This document shows positions 1-9,034 of a stretch of DNA of 39,825 nucleotides, one piece after another. The notes beneath the pieces are model-generated. The model searched no databases. It was given only the letters and a program-made list of their open reading frames with translations, and was not told where the DNA came from. Origin of the DNA: Campylobacterota bacterium (GTDB lineage: Bacteria > Campylobacterota > Campylobacteria > Campylobacterales > Sulfurimonadaceae); the NCBI GenBank assembly GCA_034717415.1, contig JAYELK010000126.1:1-39825 (forward strand). The letters are read 5' to 3'. Every line of letters begins with the position of its first letter. The stretch's first letter is position 1. Made by a program: the position numbers and the translations under genes.

Positions 1-1115
1 CCACCTCTGCGACCAACGACATCTAAAACTTCTCCACAAAAGTAAAGATTTTTTTGTTTTAGTGATTCCATCGTTTTTGGATTTATCTCAGTAGTATCAA
101 CTCCACCACCACTAACTTCTGCATGTCTAAATCCGTGAGTATCACTTACTTCAAATCTCCAGTTTAACATTTGGTTTGCTATTTTTTTAGATTCTTTTGT
201 ACTTATATTAATCTTGGCATGTGGAATGTTTAATGTTTCTAAAATAGTTCTAGCAATTTTTATAGGTAAAAGAGCATGTAAAATATCTAAAATAGCAATC
301 TTATTTTGAGTCATTTTCAAGATATGAGCAGATAATTTTTGAGCTGTATATTTTGGTAGTAAGTTTATAGATATATCAACTGCTTGATAGTTCATTAAAG
401 ACTCTGAAGCCTCTTGTGAAATATCTAAAATCCCAAAACCAGAGACTCCATAGTTTGTAAATAAAATATCACCTTGGCATGTGGAAGTTTGTTTGTTGTT
501 GATTAAAAGTGTAACTTCACCATCAACTTTTGCTCCACTCATCTTAACACTTAGAGAGTTGGCTAATTGAAGTTGAACTAATGATGGATATGTTGGGATA
601 ATATTGTGTCCACATTCCATAGCAAATTTTTGACCATCACTATTGCCACCCAGATGAGAAGCTGCTTCACTTCCTGTAGCAATAACTACAGCATCATAAT
701 CATTTAGAAGTTTTTTTATATCTGTGATTTTTGTCTCTGTATGAAAATTTACCCCAAGATTTGTAGCATAGTTTATAAAAAGCGAGGCTACACTCTTTGC
801 TTCATTGCTAAGTGGGTAAACTTTTCCATCATCTTTTACTTCAAGAATCAGACCAATACTCAAACAAAATTTTTCAAACTCTTTAAATGAGAAGCTCTCA
901 AGTGCATCTTTAACGAAAGTTGGATTTTCACTAAAATAGTCTTCTTGGCTCGTTGAAATATTTGTAATATTACAACGACCATTACCTGAGACTAAAATTT
1001 TCTTAGCACATTTAGAATTTTGCTCAAAAATATCTACGAGACATGAATTTTTAGCACACTCTATAGCACACAAAAGTCCAGAAGCACCTGCACCGATAAT
1101 AGCTACTCTTTTCAT
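1..1115 (-). CDS. HI0933/YhiN-family NAD(P)/FAD-dependent oxidoreductase (3' end runs off the window)
   Basis: Not in the ORF track; hand translation from ATG at 1115 gives MKRVAIIGAGASG (Rossmann motif), KILVSGNGRCNITN and, near position 1, GGGV...LYFCGEVLDVVGRRG. ATGA overlap with the mutS2 stop. Confidence 0.9.
   Translation of the reverse strand, partial: MKRVAIIGAGASGLLCAIECAKNSCLVDIFEQNSKCAKKILVSGNGRCNITNISTSQEDYFSENPTFVKDALESFSFKEFEKFCLSIGLILEVKDDGKVYPLSNEAKSVASLFINYATNLGVNFHTETKITDIKKLLNDYDAVVIATGSEAASHLGGNSDGQKFAMECGHNIIPTYPSLVQLQLANSLSVKMSGAKVDGEVTLLINNKQTSTCQGDILFTNYGVSGFGILDISQEASESLMNYQAVDISINLLPKYTAQKLSAHILKMTQNKIAILDILHALLPIKIARTILETLNIPHAKINISTKESKKIANQMLNWRFEVSDTHGFRHAEVSGGGVDTTEINPKTMESLKQKNLYFCGEVLDVVGRRG
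213..226 (+). repeat. Dispersed motif CTTGGCATGTGGAA (copy 1)
   Basis: Exact match; read as IPHAK on the minus-strand gene. Confidence 0.9.
473..486 (+). repeat. Dispersed motif CTTGGCATGTGGAA (copy 2)
   Basis: Exact match; read as STCQG on the minus-strand gene. Confidence 0.9.
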
Positions 1116-3331
1116 AGTGTTACAATCTTTGCACCAAAACCACCAAGATGTTGCGGTGCATCGTCAAACTTTTTAACACTTGGATGAGCGATAAGGAAGT
1201 TTTTAACAGCATATGAGAGTTTTCCTGTTCCGATACCGTGATAGATGATAACTTCATCCCAGCCACTTAAAAGAGCATCAGAAAGAAACTTGTCTAAAAC
1301 TTCACATGCTTCATCTGCTCTCATGCCATGAAGGTCGCATTTTAGTCCAGCTTTCTTCTCTACGCTTACTTTTATGTTAGTTTGTGGTTTTGGTTTTATG
1401 ATTTGAGTATGTTTGAGATGTTGTGTTTTTACCCTAACTCTCATCCCTTCCACTTCGATAGTAGCATCTTTTTTATCTCTCATTGAGATTATGACACCTT
1501 TTTGTGAGTGGTATTTTACTTTATCGCCAACTTTGAACTCAACATCTCTTTTTAACTTCTCTTTTTTGCTTTGTGGAAGTTTCTGTTTTGCCTTGTTCAT
1601 CGCTCTGTGTATGGAAGCAGTGTCACCTGATTTGGCAGCTTTTTTAGCTTCATTTATCGCTACGGCATAGCTTGATTTTAGTGCTGCCTTTTGTTCTTCT
1701 AACTCTTTAAATAGACTCTCTTGAAGCTCTTTGAGGTCAAGCTCTTTGGCTTTTAAACTATCTAACTTTTCATCAACTTTTTTATGCTTTTGTTTGAGTT
1801 CACGCTCAAGTTGTGAGCCTCTCTCTATAAGTAGGCTTAGTTTTTCAGAGTTATCGCCATAGACTGATTTTGCTTCATTTACAATCTTGTTAGAAATCCC
1901 ATAACGACTTGCAGTTTCAAAAGCATAACTTTTACCGATGATTCCCTGCATAAACTCATAAGTCGGCATTCTTGCATCTTCATCATAGATAGCAGCCATA
2001 AGTTCAACATCATCTCTATCTGCCATAAGTGCTGCTAGGCGTTTATGGTGAGTTGTAACAACTACTTTTTGACCTCTTTTTATAAGATCATCTAGTATCA
2101 CTTTAAAGAGTGCTGCAGCTTCATCACTATCGGTTCCGAGTTCTATCTCATCTACTCCGACAAGTGCAGATTTATGCTCAAATATACGAGAAAACTCTTG
2201 CATTCTACCAGCAAAGGTTGAGATGTCATTTTTTACATTTTGTGGGTCATCTATAATGGCTAGAACAGTTTTAAATGAGCCAATGTGTGACTTACTCTCA
2301 TTAAGCTTCATAGGTATGATATATTTTGCCATAAAAGCACATGCTAAGATGGATTTTAAAAGCATAGTTTTTCCACCAGCATTTACACCAGTAATCATTA
2401 AAATATTTTTAGAAAAATCAACATTGATAGGTTTTGCTTTGTGAAGAGCAGGGTGGATAAAGTCATTTAAAATTATTTTTGAATCATTTTTAGATTTCAC
2501 TATTTGGTAGTCTTTACTTTTTGCAAATAAAACTCTAGCTTGGTAGTTGTCAAACTTAGTAAACTCTTTATCTATAAAGTTTATAAAGGGTTGTAGTTCT
2601 GTTAATTTTTGAGAGAACTCTTTTGTGTAAGTATAGAAAATTGCCTCTCTTTCTTGTTCTATAAAGCGTATTTTCTCTTTACTTTTTAAGATACTATCTG
2701 GAGATACAAAAAAGAAACCACCACTACTTCTTGCAACCACAGCACCTTTTAGCACATGGTTGAAACCACCACGAACTAAAAGACACTCTTCATCATTTAC
2801 AAGGTGTACTTGAGTATCTACAAGATAACCTGCAAGTTTTGAACTTGACATCATTCTTTTGAGTGAGCCACTCATATTGTTTTTATGCTCTTTAATTCTG
2901 GCGCTCAAGCCAAAGAGAGTCTCATCAAGATTTTCTTCAAATTTGCCGTCATGAGTGAAATACTTTTCTATCTCTAAAAACTTTTCATCAACACTAAATC
3001 TATCCATCCACTCACCGATGATACCATCTAGTTCACGGTTTTTAAAATAGCGAAAATATCTAACAATTTTTACAATCTCAAAAATCTGTTCAAAGTTTAA
3101 AACACCTCGTTTTTTAAGATGTCCTTTTATTGTTGAAAAATCTGCGACTTTTGGAGGTGCTTTAAACTCTATCTTATCAAGTGCTTTTATGTAGCGAAAG
3201 TGGAGTTCTTGGTCACCTTCCATATAGAGAGAACTCTCACGAGAGAAGAGGCTTTTAAAAGAGTTTATATGTTCATTTAAATCTAGTTGGTCTATTAGCA
3301 GTTCTATTTTTGAAGTTTTGTTTTTTTGCAT
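1112..3331 (-). CDS. mutS2: Endonuclease MutS2
   Basis: ITGVNAGGKT Walker A, STFAGRM, VDEIELGTD, TTHH, coiled coil, C-terminal Smr domain (DLHGMR...IYHGIGTG). Confidence 0.96.
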   Translation of the reverse strand: MQKNKTSKIELLIDQLDLNEHINSFKSLFSRESSLYMEGDQELHFRYIKALDKIEFKAPPKVADFSTIKGHLKKRGVLNFEQIFEIVKIVRYFRYFKNRELDGIIGEWMDRFSVDEKFLEIEKYFTHDGKFEENLDETLFGLSARIKEHKNNMSGSLKRMMSSSKLAGYLVDTQVHLVNDEECLLVRGGFNHVLKGAVVARSSGGFFFVSPDSILKSKEKIRFIEQEREAIFYTYTKEFSQKLTELQPFINFIDKEFTKFDNYQARVLFAKSKDYQIVKSKNDSKIILNDFIHPALHKAKPINVDFSKNILMITGVNAGGKTMLLKSILACAFMAKYIIPMKLNESKSHIGSFKTVLAIIDDPQNVKNDISTFAGRMQEFSRIFEHKSALVGVDEIELGTDSDEAAALFKVILDDLIKRGQKVVVTTHHKRLAALMADRDDVELMAAIYDEDARMPTYEFMQGIIGKSYAFETASRYGISNKIVNEAKSVYGDNSEKLSLLIERGSQLERELKQKHKKVDEKLDSLKAKELDLKELQESLFKELEEQKAALKSSYAVAINEAKKAAKSGDTASIHRAMNKAKQKLPQSKKEKLKRDVEFKVGDKVKYHSQKGVIISMRDKKDATIEVEGMRVRVKTQHLKHTQIIKPKPQTNIKVSVEKKAGLKCDLHGMRADEACEVLDKFLSDALLSGWDEVIIYHGIGTGKLSYAVKNFLIAHPSVKKFDDAPQHLGGFGAKIVTL

Positions 3332-3372
3332 TAAAATCTTGTTACGCCTATAATTTATTGATAATTATTTTT

Positions 3373-3396
3373 ATTATAGCATATAAATTGTATAAT
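3373..3396. promoter_or_regulatory. Divergent sigma70-type -10 boxes
   Basis: TATAAT on + at 3391-3396 and on - at 3378-3373 in the AT-rich gap between divergent genes. Confidence 0.5.
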
Positions 3397-3422
3397 GGAT
3401 TTTTTAAAAATAGGAGTCAGAG

Positions 3423-3773
3423 TTGAAAAAATTAATATTGATTTGCAGTATAGCTTTAGTTGTTATGTTTAGTGGTTGTACGCAAGAGACGCAAAATAAG
3501 ATTGGTAGAGGTATCCAAAACTGGACAGGGACGAATGGTGTACTTGATATCTATATGGGTGAAAAGCTTGTACAGAGATTTATAAAAGTAGATAAACTCT
3601 CAACAGCAGAAGCTACACAGGGAGTGTCTCCTAGAACTTATCGTTACGGTTATGGTTATTTGGATCTGAATTTTAACTACAAAGTTGATGCCGGAGAGAA
3701 AAAACTCTATTTTGAGATAAGTGATTATGCAACTCCATATATATTTTATGATAATCCGGGTGCGACTGAATAA
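3423..3773 (+). CDS. Hypothetical lipoprotein
   Basis: TTG start after AGGAG; MKK + hydrophobic stretch + FSGC lipobox; stop overlaps dapE start. Confidence 0.8.
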   Translation: MKKLILICSIALVVMFSGCTQETQNKIGRGIQNWTGTNGVLDIYMGEKLVQRFIKVDKLSTAEATQGVSPRTYRYGYGYLDLNFNYKVDAGEKKLYFEISDYATPYIFYDNPGATE

Positions 3774-4870
3774 TGAGTCTGATAGAACTTTTTAAATTTT
3801 TTATAGAGTCAAAAAGTGAGACTCCTGATGATGGTGGTCTTTTAGATTTTGTAGAGAACTATTTGCCGGATTTTGAAGCTATTCGAGTAGATGTGGAGGA
3901 TGTTAAAAATCTTTTTATCTATAAAAAATTTGGAGAGGGTGATCATCTCTGTTTTGCAGGGCATGTGGATGTAGTTCCGGCAGGTGAGGGATGGGATACA
4001 AATCCTTATAAAGCCATTCAAAAAGATGGTTATATTTATGGTCGTGGTACGCAAGATATGAAGAGTGGTGTTGCTGCTTTTGTTCAAGCTGTTAAAGAGG
4101 TTGAAAATTTCAACGGAACTCTCTCACTTTTACTAACTTCAGATGAAGAGGGTGAAGCTATAAACGGTACTATAAAAGTGCTAGAATATCTAAAAGAGAA
4201 GAGTATGCTTCCACATGCCGTAGTGGTAGCTGAACCGACTTGTGAAGATAGATTTGGTGATGCTATAAAAGTAGGGCGAAGAGGCTCCATAAATGGTTAT
4301 ATCACTTTAAAAGGTAAGCAGGGTCATGCTGCATATCCCCAAAAAGCTATAAATCCCATACATAATCTTTCTCGTGTTTTAGGAGATATGGCAGGGGTAG
4401 ATATAGATGATGGAGATGAGTTTTTTAGTCCAAGTAAGTTTGTGGTAACTGATATTCGTTCAGGAATGCAAGTAACAAATGTAACTCCAAATGAGCTTAA
4501 GATGATGTTCAATGTAAGAAATACCACTCTAACTACGCAAAAAGAGGTTCGAGAGTTTGTAGATAAACATCTTGATGGACTGGATTATGAACTGAAACTC
4601 ACACAAGGCTCATACCCATTTATAACTGACACAGAGACAAAACTTGTTCACAATATAGACTTAGCAATAGAGAGTGTAACAGGTATAAAACCAAAACACT
4701 CAACTGCCGGTGGAACTTCAGATGCAAGGTTTGTTTCGCAGTTTGGTATAGATGTTATAGAGTTCGGTGTTATAAATGATACTATACATGCCATAAATGA
4801 GAGAACAACTACAAAAGAGGTTGAAAATCTTTATAAGGTATTTAAAAAGCTTCTTGGCATGTGGAAATAA
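3773..4870 (+). CDS. dapE: Succinyl-diaminopimelate desuccinylase
   Basis: FAGHVDVVP, YGRGTQDMK, SDEEG, VGRRGS, GKQGHAAYP, GGTSDARF motifs. Confidence 0.95.
   Translation: MSLIELFKFFIESKSETPDDGGLLDFVENYLPDFEAIRVDVEDVKNLFIYKKFGEGDHLCFAGHVDVVPAGEGWDTNPYKAIQKDGYIYGRGTQDMKSGVAAFVQAVKEVENFNGTLSLLLTSDEEGEAINGTIKVLEYLKEKSMLPHAVVVAEPTCEDRFGDAIKVGRRGSINGYITLKGKQGHAAYPQKAINPIHNLSRVLGDMAGVDIDDGDEFFSPSKFVVTDIRSGMQVTNVTPNELKMMFNVRNTTLTTQKEVREFVDKHLDGLDYELKLTQGSYPFITDTETKLVHNIDLAIESVTGIKPKHSTAGGTSDARFVSQFGIDVIEFGVINDTIHAINERTTTKEVENLYKVFKKLLGMWK
4209..4219 (-). repeat. Dispersed motif variant GGCATGTGGAA
   Basis: TTCCACATGCC on +, read as LPHAV in dapE. Confidence 0.75.
4853..4866 (+). repeat. Dispersed motif CTTGGCATGTGGAA
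   Basis: Exact match; encodes the DapE C-terminus LGMWK. Confidence 0.9.
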
Positions 4871-4873
4871 TAT

Positions 4874-6631
4874 ATGCTCTTAAAAAGAGTGATTTATCCT
4901 ATATTTTTATTAATCATTGCTTATATTCTCTTCTTTTTCCATGATGCAAAAACTATTATAGCTGGAGTTGCTGTTTTCTTAGTGGGAATGGTTTTTATGG
5001 AGGATGGTTTTAAACTTTTTAGTGGTGGAATGCTTGAGAAAATTTTAGAAAAATCAACAAACAGCGTACCAAAGGCGATAGGAACAGGTTTTTTAGCAAC
5101 TGCTGTTGTTCAGAGTTCATCTCTATTAACTATAATTATCATCTCTTTTTTAAGTGCAGAGTTGATTTCGCTTAGTGGTGCTATCGGTGTGATTTTTGGC
5201 TCAAACATAGGAACAACCACAACAGCTTGGATAGTATCATCATTTGGTGTAAAGATTAAAATCGCCCACTATGCTATGCCTATGCTTATATTTGGGGTTA
5301 TATTTAGATTTAACAGAAGTAAAACTTACCAAGGCTTGGGAAATATTTTAGTCGGTCTTGGTTTTGTATTTCTTGGTATAGGCTATATGAAAGAGGGCTT
5401 TGAGGCTATGAAAGCCGGACTTGACCTCGCTCAGTTTGCGATGGAGGGATACTTCGGAGTTTTGGTATATATCTCCATTGGAGCAGTGGCAACAGTTGTC
5501 ATCCAATCAAGCAGTGCAACAATGGCTCTAATTATAACGGCACTTGCTACAGGACAGATTGAGTATGTAAATGCACTTGCTCTGGCTATTGGAGCAAATA
5601 TCGGTACCACCGTGACAGCTATTTTAGGTTCTATCTCTTCAAACTTCAATGGTAAAAGATTGGCGATTGCCCATTTTATTTTTAATATGGTTACAGGTTT
5701 TCTTGCTATAGCTTTTCTCTATCAGTTAGCAGATTTAGTGGACTTTTTAGCTTCAATACTTACAATTAAAGATGATGATTATGCAATGAAATTGGCTCTG
5801 TTTCATACTATCTTTAATGTTATGGGTGTTCTTGCAGTTGCACCTTTTACGGGAAAACTTGTTGTTTTTTTAAAGGGGTTGTTTAAAGAGAAACGAGAAG
5901 ATATATCTCGTGCAAAATATTTAGATAAAGTAGTTATAGAAGTTCCAGAGGCAGCCATGATAGCTCTAAAAAAAGAGATAATACATCTTTATGATAATGC
6001 GAGTGAAGTCTTATCACATGCTCTTTCACTCCATCGTCATACTTTTATAGGTATGGGAGATAAGATCAGTAAGATAGTTGAAGCATCAGTTAGTATGATA
6101 GATACAAATGTTGATGATAGTTATGAGAGAAAGATTAAATCTCTCTATGGGGATATTATAAACTTTGCAACAATCTCTCAAGAGGAGATGAGTGTTGAAG
6201 AAAAACATAAAATCTACTCTTTGAAAATAGCATGTAGAGATATAGTTGAGACTATTAAAGATGTTAAAGAGTTGCAAAAAAATGTCAATAGATTTATGAA
6301 CAGTAATAATCCGGATATAAAAGGTGAATACAACTATATAAGAGAGGGTTTGGCAAAAACTTTAGACGGTATTCATGCCTTAAGAACAAATAGTGATGAT
6401 CTTGAGGTATTGGCTAAACTAAAAATACTAGAAGAAAATATGAACAGTCTTGAGATGATTGGAAGTGGAAGGATCGATCATTTGATTCGTACTAATAAGA
6501 TTGAGACAAAAATTGCCACTTCTCTTATAAATGATAGTGGTTTTGCTTATGAAATATCTAAAAAACTTATACGAGTTGCTACTATTTTATGGATAGAAGA
6601 TAGAGAAATTCAAGAACTAGGAGAAGAGTGA
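4874..6631 (+). CDS. Na/Pi cotransporter family protein
   Basis: Two QSSS motifs, each followed by G(S/A)NIGTT; multiple TM helices; soluble helical (PhoU-like) C-terminus. Confidence 0.92.
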   Translation: MLLKRVIYPIFLLIIAYILFFFHDAKTIIAGVAVFLVGMVFMEDGFKLFSGGMLEKILEKSTNSVPKAIGTGFLATAVVQSSSLLTIIIISFLSAELISLSGAIGVIFGSNIGTTTTAWIVSSFGVKIKIAHYAMPMLIFGVIFRFNRSKTYQGLGNILVGLGFVFLGIGYMKEGFEAMKAGLDLAQFAMEGYFGVLVYISIGAVATVVIQSSSATMALIITALATGQIEYVNALALAIGANIGTTVTAILGSISSNFNGKRLAIAHFIFNMVTGFLAIAFLYQLADLVDFLASILTIKDDDYAMKLALFHTIFNVMGVLAVAPFTGKLVVFLKGLFKEKREDISRAKYLDKVVIEVPEAAMIALKKEIIHLYDNASEVLSHALSLHRHTFIGMGDKISKIVEASVSMIDTNVDDSYERKIKSLYGDIINFATISQEEMSVEEKHKIYSLKIACRDIVETIKDVKELQKNVNRFMNSNNPDIKGEYNYIREGLAKTLDGIHALRTNSDDLEVLAKLKILEENMNSLEMIGSGRIDHLIRTNKIETKIATSLINDSGFAYEISKKLIRVATILWIEDREIQELGEE

Positions 6632-6858
6632 TGAAACTAGGAAAATTGTTTAAAAAGGCTGAAAAGTTTTTTGGTATGGGTAGAGCAAAACAAGAGGAAA
6701 ATGGTAAAAAAAAGAAAAAATTAGAGAATTCTTTGGAGAAAAAGATAACTTCAATGAAGGGTAAAATAAAAGATATGACCGATATTTCTAAAAAAAATGA
6801 AGCAAAAAAAGAGTTAGAAGTATTACAAAAATTACATAAAAAATTATTGAAAAAGTAG
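6631..6858 (+). CDS. Small lysine-rich hypothetical protein
   Basis: ATG at 6631 overlaps the upstream TGA, AGGAG upstream (GTG at 6628 is an alternative); fills the operon gap. Confidence 0.7.
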   Translation: MKLGKLFKKAEKFFGMGRAKQEENGKKKKKLENSLEKKITSMKGKIKDMTDISKKNEAKKELEVLQKLHKKLLKK

Positions 6859-6867
6859 AGGAAATTA

Positions 6868-7248
6868 ATGAAATTTATAGAAACTAAAAAAGCACCATCA
6901 GCAATAGGACCATACTCTCAAGCAGTAGTAGTAAATGGAATGGTTTACACTTCAGGTCAAATAGCATTAACTCCAGAAGGTGTGATGCTTGAGAATGATG
7001 TAGTTATCCAGACTAAACAGGTTTTGAAAAATTTAAAAGCTGTTTTAGAAGAGGCTGGAAGTTCAATGAGCAGGGTAGTAAAAACGACTATATTTATCGC
7101 AGACATGGATGATTTTGCTCTTATAAATGAGATATATGAAGAGGCTTTTGGCTCACATAAACCGGCTCGTGCAACAGTAGCAGTAAAGACTCTGCCTAAA
7201 AATGCTTTAGTTGAGATAGACGCTGTAGCACTAGTTTTGAAATTTTGA
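6868..7248 (+). CDS. ridA: RidA/YjgF-family enamine/imine deaminase
   Basis: APSAIGPYSQA, TSGQI, KTTIF, PARATV, LP...VEID. Confidence 0.93.
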   Translation: MKFIETKKAPSAIGPYSQAVVVNGMVYTSGQIALTPEGVMLENDVVIQTKQVLKNLKAVLEEAGSSMSRVVKTTIFIADMDDFALINEIYEEAFGSHKPARATVAVKTLPKNALVEIDAVALVLKF

Positions 7249-7283
7249 AATTTGGTTCCTGACCCCAAATTTCAAATTTCAAA
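7236..7283 (+). terminator. AT-rich inverted repeat at the ridA 3' end (putative terminator or REP-like unit)
   Basis: TTTGAAATTTTGAAATTTGG (7236-7255) pairs with CCAAATTTCAAATTTCAAA (7265-7283) with one bulge. Confidence 0.55.
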
Positions 7284-7366
7284 TTCTTATACTGTACCTA
7301 AGTACAATATACATTTTTTAAAATAAATCTTACCATACTAATAATTGATTTTTTTAGGAGTATGTT

Positions 7367-8950
7367 ATGTCAAAAGTAATTGGAACAGTAGCGAGTATAG
7401 ATGGTGAATTTTATGCAAAAAGTGTTGATGGTTCTCTTCGTGAAATCAGCAAAGGTGATGAGATTTATGAAGGTGAAACTGTTGTAGGTGACAAAAATAA
7501 CTCCCAACTAGAGAGTATTATAATCTCTATGAGTGACGGTACGGATATTGTTGTTTTAGGCAGTGAATCACAACTTTTTGATGCGTCACTTTTTAGTACA
7601 GAATTTTCAGAAGATGAAACTGTAACGCATAAAGAGTCGGTTATAGCTATGTTAGAAGATTCTGCGAATGTGGATGATGTTGATGAGTTGGAAACTGCTG
7701 GTGGTGAAGATGAACCAGTTGAGTCCAGTGAGGGTGGAGAAGCAAAGTTTGCAACTTCTAATGACAAGAATTTTGATGTAGACATTAATGCAGAACTCAG
7801 AGAAAGAGCTTTTGATAACACAATAGATGATGCTCAAACTCAAGCAACTGTAGCTCAAGCTGAAAACGATTCAGATGATGCAGTATCAGCTCTAAAAGAT
7901 GCAGCAGACTTAGCAGCACAAACAGCAAACACAGCAGTAGCAGCCGCTGAAGCTTCAGCAGATACATTAGCAGATATCGAGAACCTAACACAAGCTCAAA
8001 TAGATGAGACTCAAGGATTAGCAGATGACTTTAGTGGTTTTGGTTATGATTTGGAGATAAAAATTACAAACAATGATACAAACGATTATTTATATCTCGA
8101 TAAAATTAATATGACCAAAACAGCAAATGAAGCAGTAGAGGCAGTAGAAGCTGTAGATGCAGTTGCAGAAAGTTTTGCATATGAAGTAACTCTAAATGCT
8201 GGATTGACGGATACTGATGGAAGTGAATCTTTAAGCTCTATAACTGTAGATAATATTCCAACTGGAGCAACAATAGATGGACTTACAGCAAATGCAGATG
8301 GTAGCTATACAGTTCCTGTTGATGTAAATGGCGATGCTACAGTTACACTTACAAGTTCAACAGAGAAAAGCAATACTGACTTAAATAGTATTCAATCTTC
8401 TATAACTTCTACAGAAAGTGATGGTGGAGAGACTCATACAACAATGGCTCATACTTCTTTAGATGAGAGTAGTGATACAGGAAATGATAGTTATGATGTT
8501 TCAGATGACAACACTATAGATGCTGGTGATGGCAAGGATGCATTTACAGCAGATGCTACCGATATAGCAGACAATGGATTAAGCCTTGATGGTGGTGAAG
8601 GTTTAGATACTCTTATTATGAGTGATGATATGAATATTGACTTTAGTGTCCTTGATGATAATATCGCAAATATGGAAGTGATAGACTTAGGTGCAGGTAC
8701 TCAAAATATCACTTCACTTTCAACTGAAGATGTATTAACTATGACAGATACAGATGATGTACTTCGCATAGATGGGGATAGTGCTGATAGTATTGATTTA
8801 AATACTCAAGGTTCTGATGCAGAGTGGACATTAGGTGACTTTAAAACTGATGCAGAAACAGGTGCAACTTATCAAGAAGTTACAGGTGGAGAGGGTGATG
8901 CTACCGTTACTCTTGAGATTAGTACAGATATTGAAATTCACGAGAGTTAA
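7367..8950 (+). CDS. Retention-module-containing, T1SS-substrate/adhesin-like acidic protein
   Basis: N-terminal LapA-like retention module (VIGTVASIDG...GSLREISKGDEIYEGE), LTDTDGSESLS Ig-like segment, RTX-like IDAGDGKD and LDGGEGLDTL, C-terminal LRIDGDSAD region. Confidence 0.8.
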   Translation: MSKVIGTVASIDGEFYAKSVDGSLREISKGDEIYEGETVVGDKNNSQLESIIISMSDGTDIVVLGSESQLFDASLFSTEFSEDETVTHKESVIAMLEDSANVDDVDELETAGGEDEPVESSEGGEAKFATSNDKNFDVDINAELRERAFDNTIDDAQTQATVAQAENDSDDAVSALKDAADLAAQTANTAVAAAEASADTLADIENLTQAQIDETQGLADDFSGFGYDLEIKITNNDTNDYLYLDKINMTKTANEAVEAVEAVDAVAESFAYEVTLNAGLTDTDGSESLSSITVDNIPTGATIDGLTANADGSYTVPVDVNGDATVTLTSSTEKSNTDLNSIQSSITSTESDGGETHTTMAHTSLDESSDTGNDSYDVSDDNTIDAGDGKDAFTADATDIADNGLSLDGGEGLDTLIMSDDMNIDFSVLDDNIANMEVIDLGAGTQNITSLSTEDVLTMTDTDDVLRIDGDSADSIDLNTQGSDAEWTLGDFKTDAETGATYQEVTGGEGDATVTLEISTDIEIHES

Positions 8951-8956
8951 TCTAAT

Positions 8957-8986
8957 CTTGGCATGTGGATTGGTTTCACATGCCAA
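8957..8986 (+). terminator. Hairpin made of an inverted pair of the dispersed motif
   Basis: TTGGCATGTGGA-ttggt-TTCACATGCCAA, 12-bp stem with one G-U pair, starting 7 nt after the stop codon; no strong U-tract. Confidence 0.7.
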
Positions 8987-9034
8987 AGAGTAGATCCCAA
9001 CTTCATATTAATCATCTATTAAGCCAAAAAAATA

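Noticed and set aside
3960-3969. GGCATGTGGA in dapE as strong evidence for the motif
   Set aside because: It coincides with the conserved GHxD metal-binding motif, so it may be protein-driven. It is counted among the cores but given little weight.
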